Assembly: GCA_963662465.1 (NCBI GenBank)
Contig: OY759599.1
Coordinates: 6,848,001 to 6,912,000, forward strand
DNA length: 64,000 nt
From: Desulfatiglandales bacterium
GTDB taxonomy: Bacteria; Desulfobacterota; DSM-4660; Desulfatiglandales; Desulfatiglandaceae
Direction: 5' to 3'
Within the stretch, counting starts at the first letter, position 1. The number at the start of each line of letters is the position of its first letter. The notes under the pieces were generated by a model that had not been told where the DNA came from, did not search any database, and saw only the letters and a program-made list of their open reading frames with translations. Shown here one piece after another: positions 1 through 9,050 of this stretch. Position numbers and translations under genes: made by a program.

Positions 1-199
1 GTACAAACGCGTCACCGCGCATACTTTTCGCCACAGTTTTGCGACCCATCTGTTGCAGGCTAACTACGACATCCGAACGATCCAAGACCTCTTGGGGCAT
101 AGCGATGTTCGGACAACGATGATCTATACGCACGTCATCAAAAGCATGCCGGCAAAAGAGATTAGAAGCCCGCTCGATTTTGATCCGGAAAACTCCTGA
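1..199 (+). CDS. intI: Integron-type tyrosine recombinase, C-terminal part (5'-truncated by the window)
   Basis: Frame from base 2 reads [45 protein letters not shown]...[12 protein letters not shown]. It has the HxxRH and LGH...Y catalytic boxes and the SPLD tail typical of IntI. Confidence 0.85.
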   Translation, partial: YKRVTAHTFRHSFATHLLQANYDIRTIQDLLGHSDVRTTMIYTHVIKSMPAKEIRSPLDFDPENS

Positions 200-597
200 T
201 TCTTGCTATCTCCGGCCACGCAATCGGGTAGAGTCGTTGAATTTCATGGCGCCAAATTCCACCTTGGACGAACTGGCGCCGACACTTTGGACATTGGATC
301 ACCTAATTCTTGCACCGATCCAGTGGTCGCACAAATTTTTTGAATTACTGTGCCATTTATGTACCTTCGGTCAGTTTTACAGCTTCCAGGTCCGCATATT
401 ACTTGCCATACTCAATGCACAGGTCGAACCGATACTTAGTATCTGCTGAATTTCTCAATTTGCTTTATTTTCAGAGCATTACAAATTAATTAAGGCATTT
501 GAAGTAACCTGAAATTGCAATTTTGCCATGAAAAAGATAAAAATCACGAGGGCAGGAATCCATTTAAACGCTTTAAATATAGGAAAAAATAGAAATC

Positions 598-777
598 CAG
601 CAGATACTACTTAGTTCACTACCAGAGGTGGTGGTTTATGTCATTTAATCAAAAACTAATGGATGACGTTTATTCGGCCATGCAGCTTGGACAGATAGCC
701 CAGAAGCCACCCTCAGGTGCGGCTTCAATGATCGGCGTGAATTCTGCCTATCTCAAAAGCCATAATTAGAATTGCTG
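598..777. mobile_element. Possible MITE / IS remnant bounded by CAGCA...TGCTG ends
   Basis: Starts CAGCAGATACTA (598-609; exact inverted copy at 437-448). Ends TAATTAGAATTGCTG (763-777; exact inverted copy at 16837-16851). Confidence 0.35.
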
Positions 778-868
778 AAGGAACCTTGATGGACTCCGGT
801 CCTTTTATTAGACTGAACTCAATCAGCGAAGATGTCGCTTTGTGATAATTTTATGAGGATATTTTTTT

Positions 869-1648
869 ATGCCCTACGAAACCATAGAATATGCGATTGT
901 TGAACCTGGCATCGGGGTGTTATCCCTGAACCGACCGCGCAAGTACAATGCCGTGAGCATTCAGATGATGGAAGAGCTGGAGGCTTTTTGGAAGGAGCAT
1001 CTTTATGATCTTGAAACCCATGTGATTGTGTTGAAGGGCAACGGCGACCGGGGGTTCTGTGCGGGCTTGGACATGAAAGAAACCATGAAGACGGCGCCAA
1101 ACATGTCGCCGGACCAGTTTTACCGGTTTCAGGCACGCCTGGCCCGGCTTAACCTGGCCATGCGGCAGGCTCCTCAACCCATTGTGGCGGCGGTTCACGG
1201 CGCGGCGGCGGGCCTGGGGTTCAGTTTTGCCCTGGCCTCGGATTTAAGGGTGATTACCCCCGATGCACGGTTTTCTGCCGCCTATATCAACATCGGCCTG
1301 GGTGGTGCGGACATGGCCTGCAGCTATTTTCTGCCCCGCTTGATCGGTGCGGGGAGGGCCTATGAGTTCATGCTTACGGGCAATTTCATGTCATCTGATG
1401 AGGCCATGGCCCTGGGGCTTTGCAGCCGCTTGGTGGAACCTGATCAGCTCGTGGATGCCGCGATGGCGTTGGCGCGAACCATGAACGGAAAGAATCCCAT
1501 GGGGTTGCGGCTTACCAAGGAGGCCATCAATGTGAATCTGGATGCGGGGGGCCTGGAGCAGGCGTTGCAGGTGGAGGACCGAAACCAAACACTCCTTTTG
1601 CTGCGCGGCATGGTGGGCAAGGGGGATAAATCGAGCCGGTATTTTTGA
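869..1648 (+). CDS. Enoyl-CoA hydratase/isomerase family protein
   Basis: Crotonase motifs LNRPRKYNA, FCAGLDM, PIVAAVHGAAAGLG, LPRLIG. Confidence 0.92.
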   Translation: MPYETIEYAIVEPGIGVLSLNRPRKYNAVSIQMMEELEAFWKEHLYDLETHVIVLKGNGDRGFCAGLDMKETMKTAPNMSPDQFYRFQARLARLNLAMRQAPQPIVAAVHGAAAGLGFSFALASDLRVITPDARFSAAYINIGLGGADMACSYFLPRLIGAGRAYEFMLTGNFMSSDEAMALGLCSRLVEPDQLVDAAMALARTMNGKNPMGLRLTKEAINVNLDAGGLEQALQVEDRNQTLLLLRGMVGKGDKSSRYF

Positions 1649-1654
1649 TGGATT

Positions 1655-1762
1655 ATGGAAAAGAAAATCAACGATAATAAAAAAATCGGATGGGTCAGCC
1701 GGTTTCTGGCATGGATCGCCAAGGGGCAGAGTAGATCGTCCGGCCAATTGTGCGGTCGGTGA
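1655..1762 (+). CDS. Possible 35-aa small protein (MEKKINDNKKIGWVSRFLAWIAKGQSRSSGQLCGR)
   Basis: ATG 7 nt after the hydratase stop, with an amphipathic GWVSRFLAWIAKG stretch. Below the ORF-track cutoff. Confidence 0.3.
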   Translation: MEKKINDNKKIGWVSRFLAWIAKGQSRSSGQLCGR

Positions 1763-1861
1763 GGCGTTTCATCCACCCCTCGTGCCGGCGGCATGAAAAA
1801 AACAGTTCGTAAGTCTTAGCAAAGGGCGCTTAAAAAGTTGAACAAATAGGGGAAAATAACT

Positions 1862-1930
1862 GCTAAGAACCACATTCACACAGGCACCCGGCAAAAAGCT
1901 GCTGGATGCTGGTGATGCGGGGTGTTATGC
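1862..1930 (+). other. Degenerate attC-like integron recombination site
   Basis: Imperfect palindrome: CAT(T)CAC...GTGATG with one extra base, GCACCCGGCA/TGCTGGATGC inner arms, and a terminal GTTATGC core (1924-1930) directly before the antitoxin RBS. Confidence 0.5.
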
Positions 1931-1955
1931 CAAAAGACACCAGGAGGAAAATGGC

Positions 1956-2141
1956 ATGTCTGCAATCAAAGAGAAAATGATAGAAATGATACAGGGCCAA
2001 CCTGAAGATTCTTCATATGCTGAAATTCTTAGAGAGTTGGCGTTTGAAAAAATGATTGATCGTGGTCTAAAGGACTCTCGAGAAGGCAGAACCGTATCTA
2101 ATGAAGAAATGAAGGCAAAGATAGGCCAATGGCAACAATAA
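1956..2141 (+). CDS. Type II antitoxin (small acidic protein paired with a RelE/ParE toxin)
   Basis: 61 aa, GGAGG RBS, IDRGLKDSREGRTVS motif; overlaps the toxin start. Confidence 0.8.
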   Translation: MSAIKEKMIEMIQGQPEDSSYAEILRELAFEKMIDRGLKDSREGRTVSNEEMKAKIGQWQQ

Positions 2142-2419
2142 GATGGACTGAAGAGGCTGTCAATTGGCTTCAAGATATTTATAATTACATCGCTGAAGAT
2201 AGTCATGCTGCTGCCCAAAAGGTGGTTGACGGAATATACGATAAAGCGCAGATATTGAAGGTTTTTCCGAACATTGGTTACAAATATAGAGATGAACCGG
2301 AAGGTGAAATTCGAATTCTTCTGTATGGCCATTATAGGATAGCCTATATTATCAAGCAAAATATTGTGGAAATACTTGGCGTATTTCATGGTGCAATGAA
2401 GCTTGAAAATCACATATAG
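2129..2419 (+). CDS. RelE/ParE family toxin
   Basis: IRWTEEA..LQDIYNYIAEDS..AA, FPNIG, YRIAY, ILGVFHG pattern. Confidence 0.9.
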   Translation: MATIRWTEEAVNWLQDIYNYIAEDSHAAAQKVVDGIYDKAQILKVFPNIGYKYRDEPEGEIRILLYGHYRIAYIIKQNIVEILGVFHGAMKLENHI

Positions 2420-2460
2420 TGCCTTATTCCATGGTTTTCTGTCACAAAAAACAAGAAAAC

Positions 2461-2516
2461 CTTTGCGTCTTTGCGTCTCTGCGCGAGAAAATTTGGTTGC
2501 GGCTTGCCGCGTTAGT
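2461..2516. repeat. Short intergenic repeat (CTTTGCGT x2 plus TTGGTTGCGGCTTGCCGCGTTAG hairpin)
   Basis: Tandem ctttgcgt units. The GGTTGCGG...CCGCGTTAG motif recurs at about 34303-34328 and 56771-56795. Confidence 0.5.
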
Positions 2517-2550
2517 TATAATTGCGATAACATTGCCGCTGCAGCAGATT

Positions 2551-3912
2551 TCAACGGAGTTTCTCAATCTCCCCCTGAACAATATTGATGTGAGACGTCA
2601 ACTTGGGTGCAAGGGGGGACTCGGGATAATCCTCAAGAAGGGTTTTAAGGATTTTGTAAGAGGTCTCAAGCAGTTCTCTTTTTTTCTTCGGATCATTGGT
2701 TTTTTTGGCCTCCAGAAAAAGTTCCGCGGCCCGGTTTCTTTCAAGGTTGATGAGGCTTTCAATAGCTCGGTTCTTGAGGTTGGTTGAGGCGACATCCGAA
2801 ACTCCGGTTCTTTCCATTTCCCGCAGCCTGTCGACGACCCCTTTGTAGTCTTCCTTCTCGTATAATCTGATGGCGGCCTCATAGGTCTGTTTCAGATAAT
2901 CCTCTTTGACCTTGACGTTTTCTTCATATGCGGTTTCCATTTCCTCTATATTTTTTAACGCCCTGTCAATGATTTCGGTTTCAGGCCCTTCTTCCTTTTC
3001 GGTCTTCTCTTTTAACAGCAGACGTTTCGCTTCGGAAAATTCATGGTTTTGGACCAGCGTATCGACTTTTTCCTGTAGCGGCGCTATTTGGGGGGGTGCA
3101 TTCTGGTCGGCGGCGGCTTCCGGGGGCTGAAAAACAGAAATAAAGCCTGGTTGATCCGGTTCGGGCACACGGTCGATTCGATTTTTGAGATCAAAGGCCA
3201 GGGCCGCTCGGTTATCCTGGGTGTGGGTAATCTTTTCAAGTGTGTTGACGGCCAGGGTCTTTTGCCCCAGCGCCAGCTGCCATCGGGCAATCTCCCCTCG
3301 AAGCTGCACTACATCGGGGGTGTGTTCAAGCCCTTCGGCAGCCTTCGATCCGATCTCGATGGCTTCTTCCAACATGCCGTCTTTGGCCAGGGATAGGGCG
3401 AACACGATGGCTATTTCAGGGGTGAGTGCTTCCGGAAAGTTTGTTTCCAATGCCAGGCACCGATGAATGACGCCCTTATAATTTCCACTCCGATAGCGAT
3501 TCAGAATTTCATTTCTTTCCCGTATGAAAACAGCGAGAGGATTTTCATCATCCGTTGCCTTATTTATGGTTTCAAAGTATGTTTTTTCCATGAGCGACAT
3601 GGCGTTAAAAAGGGAATGGGTCAGGGTTTTACAGGTTTTGTTCGTTATGGGGGCGCCGGCGGTTTTTTTGAGTAAACGGTAAGCGTCCAGAAGGGCTAAA
3701 GCCGTTGTTCTGGTACTATCGGACAGGTTGTCGGTTTTTGAAAATTCTTCAAGAAACTGGATCCGTTTTTCCACTTGCGACACAGGGATTGTGAGCCTTG
3801 TGCCCTCTTTTTCAGTGGGTGTATGAACAACCGGCGGTTGTTTGGGTGCGACGCCTGCGCATCCGGCGGTGCAGATCAATGTCAACGATAGAAAAATGAG
3901 TGTTTTTTTCAT
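2551..3912 (-). CDS. Putative TPR-like lipoprotein
   Basis: Signal peptide with lipobox (TAGC), followed by helical repeats ending in YPESPLA. Confidence 0.7.
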   Translation of the reverse strand: MKKTLIFLSLTLICTAGCAGVAPKQPPVVHTPTEKEGTRLTIPVSQVEKRIQFLEEFSKTDNLSDSTRTTALALLDAYRLLKKTAGAPITNKTCKTLTHSLFNAMSLMEKTYFETINKATDDENPLAVFIRERNEILNRYRSGNYKGVIHRCLALETNFPEALTPEIAIVFALSLAKDGMLEEAIEIGSKAAEGLEHTPDVVQLRGEIARWQLALGQKTLAVNTLEKITHTQDNRAALAFDLKNRIDRVPEPDQPGFISVFQPPEAAADQNAPPQIAPLQEKVDTLVQNHEFSEAKRLLLKEKTEKEEGPETEIIDRALKNIEEMETAYEENVKVKEDYLKQTYEAAIRLYEKEDYKGVVDRLREMERTGVSDVASTNLKNRAIESLINLERNRAAELFLEAKKTNDPKKKRELLETSYKILKTLLEDYPESPLAPKLTSHINIVQGEIEKLR

Positions 3913-3923
3913 TTGGTTAGCCT

Positions 3924-6908
3924 TTATTGAGGTTCAAATTGTCTTTTGAGTTTCCAGGTGTTTTCACTTTTTGTTGCCTGGGTCAATACTTCCTGGTCCG
4001 TGGATGAATGAGGCGGCTTTTCGGCATTGTTCAGCGGAAGGCCGGTTGCCGGTGAAACGGGTATGGGATTCAGCCCCGGCAGGTCCTGGGTTGCGGGTCG
4101 CAGCAATGGGTTGAAGGCCAGGTCCGCGGGCTGAAGCAGGCATTTGAAAATTTCTGTTTTGACAATGGCTTCGGCCGTATCCATCCACAGGGGAAGGGCG
4201 CCGGAAGACCCGTAGAGGGCCATGTGAGGGCCTTTCATGGGCTGATTGTCGTCGTAGCCCACATAGCTGGCGATGGTGTAGCCGTTAGGAATGTCAAGCA
4301 GTCCGGTGACGCTGTCGGGCCCGGGAATGAGGCCCACAAAACTGGAGTTGGTGAATCGATTGGCCGTACCTGTTTTACCGAAAGAGGGTAGGGGAATGTC
4401 GAAGATGCGCACTGCTGTTCCGGCTTTTTTCCCGGTTCCCCGTTCCATGACTTTTCTGAGGATTTCGGAGATCAAAAGCGTTACCCTTTTTGAGAGTACC
4501 ACTTTCGGTTCGGGGACATATTCCCAAAGTGGTTTTCCTTCCCTGTCAACGATCTTGGTGATGATGGGGACCATGGCGGGTCCATTTGCGGAACCCAGCG
4601 AATAGGTTTTTCCGGTTAAAAGGGCTTCATAAGCCATTGCCCCCTCCATGATGCTGATGGCATTGGGTCCGAGGGGAAAGGAGAGCACCGGATCCAGCTG
4701 GGTGGAGATCCCAATTTTTTTGGATAGGTAGATGACAAAGGATATGTTCACCAGGGTTCGGAAATCTCTGATTTTGGAAAGGACTTCCAGGCTGTATTTT
4801 TCCTGGCCCATGAGTTTCCTGAACTGGTTTTGTGTATGGGTATCGAGTAATTCCAGAATGTCGGACGGCATCAGACCATCGATAACGCCTTGGCTGCTCG
4901 GTTGAAGGGCGCGGAGTCTTCTAAAATCGTATCGTAAAATGTGCCGGTCCTCATCGGTTACGGCTGAATTGGCCCCTGAAAGATCAAAATGGAGGCGCTT
5001 GACATCCTCCAGATTGTTTTCGTGGCCGGCAAAGATGATGTCTGTTTTCGCCTGTGTCTTGGCTTCTTCAAAAGCGGCCTCCATGAGCGCCGTCTCATCA
5101 ACGATGATGCCCCATTGATCCCTGATGCGCGTTTTATAGGCTTCATAGGTTTCATCCGGGCGTCTGCCAAGTCCCACAATATCCACCACCTGACGGAATT
5201 CGTTCATATTGAGCCGATCCGTGAGATGATAGAGCAACCATACGGTTGCCAGGTTTTCCGAATCAGCGCCGGCCCATGTCATCGATACCGTTTCGCTCTT
5301 GGGGGTATGGTCGGGCCGGGGGACATATACGGTGCCTTCAAATTGATAGACGTCCTGAATGTTTTTCAGAGGATCCAGGTTGTTCCATTTGAGCTGAAGT
5401 GCCGCGGCATAAACAATCGGTTTGAAGATGGAGCCCATTTGCCTTTTTGCATCGACGGCCCGGTTGAAGTGGATATTGGAAAAACCGCCTACCATGGCTT
5501 TGATCATGCCGCCATGAAGGGCCACAACGCTTCCTTCCAGCCCCGGAATCGCCGAGAGAACCAGCGTTTCCACTGTCTCTTTCCCCTGTGGCCCCTTGTT
5601 CATGGGGATGATTTGAACCGGCGCCAGGTCTCCGGTTTGAAATGTATTGAGAAGGGCCAAAACATGTTCCTTTTTGAAAGTTGCCCACGGGCCGGTTTTG
5701 CCTTTCAGCCAGGCTTCTCCAATGGGTTTGAGGCCTTCATATCCGATGAATCCCTCGCCGTTTTCCCATGTCACGCGAAGACCCGCATCTTTAAGCCCTT
5801 TCTCCACGGCGGTGACGCGGGCCAGGAACGGCAGGGCGCTGGAATCGTTTTTAATGCTCTCTTTAGGGGCATCTTTCCAGCGGGTTACGGTTTTTGAAGG
5901 GGCCAGGCCGCTCAATCCCATATCCATTTGCGGCAGATGCATCCGCAAACTCAAAAGGGCCGCATCCTGAATATCCTTGTCCACGGAAGTATAGATGCCG
6001 ATGCCGGATGTGGCAATGTTTTCCACCCCCTGCTCTTGAAGGATGTTCTTAAAATAGTCGGATTCCAGCTGATTTCGAATGTAATCCAGAATGACGTTCA
6101 ACCGATAGGTGATCCGTCCTTCCTTGAATGGGACGGGCTTTTCCTTTGCGGCCGCGCATTCGCCGTCGCTGATGTAATTTTGCGCCAGCATTTTGTCTAG
6201 CACATAGTCCTTGCGCGCCTTGGCCGCGCGTTCTGCCGCCTCTTTTTCGGTTTGGCTTTTTCGGATAAACGGATTGTATTTATTGGGTCCCTTGACGGAC
6301 CCCACGATAAAGGCGGCTTCAACCAGATCAAGATTGCGGGCGTCTTTGTCGAAAAAATATTGGGCCGCGATTTTAAGCCCCTTGCCATAACCGTTTACAA
6401 AAAACTGGTTGGCGTACATCTCCAGGATTTCTTCCTTGGAATATTGCCTTTCCAGGAGAAAGGCCTGAAACATTTCCCTGAATTTGGCCTGGTATGACCT
6501 TTTTTCCCGTTTGAAAACGTTTTTAGCTGTTTGCTGGGTCAGGGTGCTGCCGCCCTGAACCACCCGACCCGATTTGAAGTTGGCCAGAAACGCTCTGACA
6601 ATGGCTTTGGGATCAAATCCTGAATGATGAAAAAAATTTTTGTCTTCGGCGGCGATGAGGGCTTTGATAAATATTTTTGGAATGTCGTTATAGTGGATAT
6701 ATTTGCTGTGGGTTTTTTCAAAAAAGACGCCGATGGGTGTTTGACCGTCCGAATAGTACACCGGGCTTTCGGAATTGATCACGCCATCGATGGCGCCCCG
6801 CTGGATTCGTTCGGAGGTTTCTTTGCTGATGTCGTAATAAGTGTACCCGAGAAAAGCGATGGGAACTAAAATCAACAGGCACAGCATCAACAATAATATG
6901 CGTTTCAT
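3924..6908 (-). CDS. Class A penicillin-binding protein (transglycosylase/transpeptidase, PBP1A family)
   Basis: EDKNFFHHSG, QGGSTLTQQTAKN, GSIFKP (SxxK), GKTGT motifs; N-terminal membrane anchor. Confidence 0.9.
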   Translation of the reverse strand: MKRILLLMLCLLILVPIAFLGYTYYDISKETSERIQRGAIDGVINSESPVYYSDGQTPIGVFFEKTHSKYIHYNDIPKIFIKALIAAEDKNFFHHSGFDPKAIVRAFLANFKSGRVVQGGSTLTQQTAKNVFKREKRSYQAKFREMFQAFLLERQYSKEEILEMYANQFFVNGYGKGLKIAAQYFFDKDARNLDLVEAAFIVGSVKGPNKYNPFIRKSQTEKEAAERAAKARKDYVLDKMLAQNYISDGECAAAKEKPVPFKEGRITYRLNVILDYIRNQLESDYFKNILQEQGVENIATSGIGIYTSVDKDIQDAALLSLRMHLPQMDMGLSGLAPSKTVTRWKDAPKESIKNDSSALPFLARVTAVEKGLKDAGLRVTWENGEGFIGYEGLKPIGEAWLKGKTGPWATFKKEHVLALLNTFQTGDLAPVQIIPMNKGPQGKETVETLVLSAIPGLEGSVVALHGGMIKAMVGGFSNIHFNRAVDAKRQMGSIFKPIVYAAALQLKWNNLDPLKNIQDVYQFEGTVYVPRPDHTPKSETVSMTWAGADSENLATVWLLYHLTDRLNMNEFRQVVDIVGLGRRPDETYEAYKTRIRDQWGIIVDETALMEAAFEEAKTQAKTDIIFAGHENNLEDVKRLHFDLSGANSAVTDEDRHILRYDFRRLRALQPSSQGVIDGLMPSDILELLDTHTQNQFRKLMGQEKYSLEVLSKIRDFRTLVNISFVIYLSKKIGISTQLDPVLSFPLGPNAISIMEGAMAYEALLTGKTYSLGSANGPAMVPIITKIVDREGKPLWEYVPEPKVVLSKRVTLLISEILRKVMERGTGKKAGTAVRIFDIPLPSFGKTGTANRFTNSSFVGLIPGPDSVTGLLDIPNGYTIASYVGYDDNQPMKGPHMALYGSSGALPLWMDTAEAIVKTEIFKCLLQPADLAFNPLLRPATQDLPGLNPIPVSPATGLPLNNAEKPPHSSTDQEVLTQATKSENTWKLKRQFEPQ

Positions 6909-6909
6909 T

Positions 6910-7713
6910 TTAGAAGAGTTCTCCCGCCATCAGTTTTGTCCTCAGAATTTCCTTGAGGTCGAGCCCTTTCATCTGTAACCCCTTACGTCCGTATTTCATG
7001 TTGGCTTCAATCACCAGCCATTGATCTTCATGCCGGATGAGGTCAATTCCCACATCGTTGAATCTGCATTTGCGGGCGGCGTCCCGTGCCGCTTCAATGC
7101 CCGATATGGGAATGTCGTCAAAGCTGATGCTGCCCCCCTGGCTCAAGTTGGTCCTGAAATTGTCCGGGGACCTGATTCGCCAGTAAGCTACCGCCGGTTG
7201 ATCATTAATCAAGACGACTCTCAGGTCCCGGTCGTGGTGAATGAATTCCTGGATGTAGGCGATTTTCGTGAGTGCCAGATAGGCCGCCAGTTGTTGTCCG
7301 TTTTCGATCCTGTAAACCCCTCTGCCCCGGGCCGAAGACCTGGGCAGTTTCGCGATAAACGGGTACGTAAAATGGTTCAGGATGTTTTTGTGGTGAAGGC
7401 GATAAAAAATCCGGGTCCGGGGGTGGGGAATTTCCAGCATGAAAAACAGGGTGGTCTGTTTTATTTTTTCGTCCGCATAAAGGTAGGTTTCCAGGCTCGG
7501 GAAGATTTTTTTTCCCATGGTGGTTAGGAACTGAGCATAATTGAGGGTGGGGTAGAGAACGAGGGCGGCGTTCCTGATGAAGTCTCTTTCCTCGGGTGTG
7601 TAGTCCTGGAAGTTGGGTTTGACCCCAAGGGTCCATACTTCGGGGACGCCCTGAAGTCGGCTGCCGAGGGCCGGGTAGATGGCTTGCGCTTTTCTCACGG
7701 GTTCGATACCCAT
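6910..7713 (-). CDS. RimK-family ATP-grasp ligase
   Basis: YPFIAK..S.RGRGV, YIQEFI, DLRV, FRTNLSQGG, GIDL, IEAN. Confidence 0.85.
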   Translation of the reverse strand: MGIEPVRKAQAIYPALGSRLQGVPEVWTLGVKPNFQDYTPEERDFIRNAALVLYPTLNYAQFLTTMGKKIFPSLETYLYADEKIKQTTLFFMLEIPHPRTRIFYRLHHKNILNHFTYPFIAKLPRSSARGRGVYRIENGQQLAAYLALTKIAYIQEFIHHDRDLRVVLINDQPAVAYWRIRSPDNFRTNLSQGGSISFDDIPISGIEAARDAARKCRFNDVGIDLIRHEDQWLVIEANMKYGRKGLQMKGLDLKEILRTKLMAGELF

Positions 7714-9014
7714 TTTTTGACGTCCAGGGATTTTTCAACGGCCTTCGCCATCACTTCTTTCAGGTCCAGGGTCAGCAATTGACGATTCTCCATGACCAGT
7801 CTGCCGTTAATGATGCTATGGCTCACGTCCTGCCCCCTGGCCGCATAGACCAGATGGGAAAAGGGATTGTACATGGGGGTCAGGTGGGGTTTGTGGGTAT
7901 CGATGACAATGATGTCAGCCTTTTTTCCCGTTTCAAGAGAACCGGTTTCATGGGAAAGGCCCAAGGCTTTCGCCCCTTCAATGGTGGCCATTTTCAACAC
8001 GGTCAGGGCATCCATGACCGTCGGGTCCATGGCCTGGACCTTGTGAAGTTTGGCCGCCATGTCCATTTCCGTAAAGAGGTCCATGTTGTTGTTGGAAGCG
8101 CTGCCGTCGGTTCCGATGCCGACCTTTATTCCCTGAGCGATCATCCGGGGTATCGGCGCAATGCCGGAACCCAGTTTCATGTTGCTTTCCGGGTTGTGAA
8201 TCACGCTGATCCCGTGTTCGGCCATTTTGTCGATCTCCGATAGATTCAAATGGACGGCGTGATCCGCGATCAGGTGCGGTCCCAGAATGCCGAGGGCGTC
8301 AAGATGTTCCAGGGGCGTTTTGCCGTATCTTTTTTTGATATCCGCCAGTTCCGCCAGGGTTTCGGCAAAATGGATAATCATGGGCCTCTTGTGCGTCAAG
8401 GCCATCTGGTTGGCTCTCTGGAGCAGTTCGGGATTGCAGGTAAATAGCGCGTGGGGTTCCACGGCAATGGAAACCAGGGGGTTGTCTTTCCATTTTTCAA
8501 TGAGCCACTCCGTGTAGGCAAAACCGCTCTCCAGATCCCCATAATTGGGGGAGGGGAAGTCGTAGAGCACTTCGCCCACGAGGCAGCGTAGGCCCGATTG
8601 AAAAGCCGCCTGAGCTACCTGGTCCTCAAATAGGTACATGTCGCAGAAAGTGGTGGCGCCCGACAGGATCATCTCCGCACAGGCCAGCTGCGTCCCGGTG
8701 TAGATGAAATCGGCATCCATGTTTTTTTCCACCGGGAAGATATAATGGTTCAGCCATTCCATGAGGGGCAGGTCGTCCGCCAGACCTTTGAAAAGACTCA
8801 TGGCCGCATGGGTATGACCGTTGATCAGCCCCGGAAGTATCAGGCCGCCCTTGGCGTCGATTGTTTTTAAGGCTTTATACGCCTCGGGAATTTGATCCCC
8901 CAAATAGCTGATGGCGTCTCCCGACACGCACACCATGCCATTTTCAATGACCCTGTTTTCAGCATCCATGGTCAAAATCGTTCCGTTTTGAATGATGATA
9001 TCAAATGACTTCAT
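7695..9014 (-). CDS. mtaD: Amidohydrolase, 5'-methylthioadenosine/S-adenosylhomocysteine deaminase-like
   Basis: PGLINGHTH, HFAET, HNPESNMKLGSG, GTDGSASNN. Confidence 0.8.
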   Translation of the reverse strand: MKSFDIIIQNGTILTMDAENRVIENGMVCVSGDAISYLGDQIPEAYKALKTIDAKGGLILPGLINGHTHAAMSLFKGLADDLPLMEWLNHYIFPVEKNMDADFIYTGTQLACAEMILSGATTFCDMYLFEDQVAQAAFQSGLRCLVGEVLYDFPSPNYGDLESGFAYTEWLIEKWKDNPLVSIAVEPHALFTCNPELLQRANQMALTHKRPMIIHFAETLAELADIKKRYGKTPLEHLDALGILGPHLIADHAVHLNLSEIDKMAEHGISVIHNPESNMKLGSGIAPIPRMIAQGIKVGIGTDGSASNNNMDLFTEMDMAAKLHKVQAMDPTVMDALTVLKMATIEGAKALGLSHETGSLETGKKADIIVIDTHKPHLTPMYNPFSHLVYAARGQDVSHSIINGRLVMENRQLLTLDLKEVMAKAVEKSLDVKKWVSNP

Positions 9015-9050
9015 GTGAACCTCTGTTTTTCAAAAAGCGAATGTCAAATT

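Noticed and set aside
180..449. 89-aa ORF on the + strand
   Set aside because: Overlaps the integrase end, has no recognisable motif or RBS, and lies in mobile-element debris.
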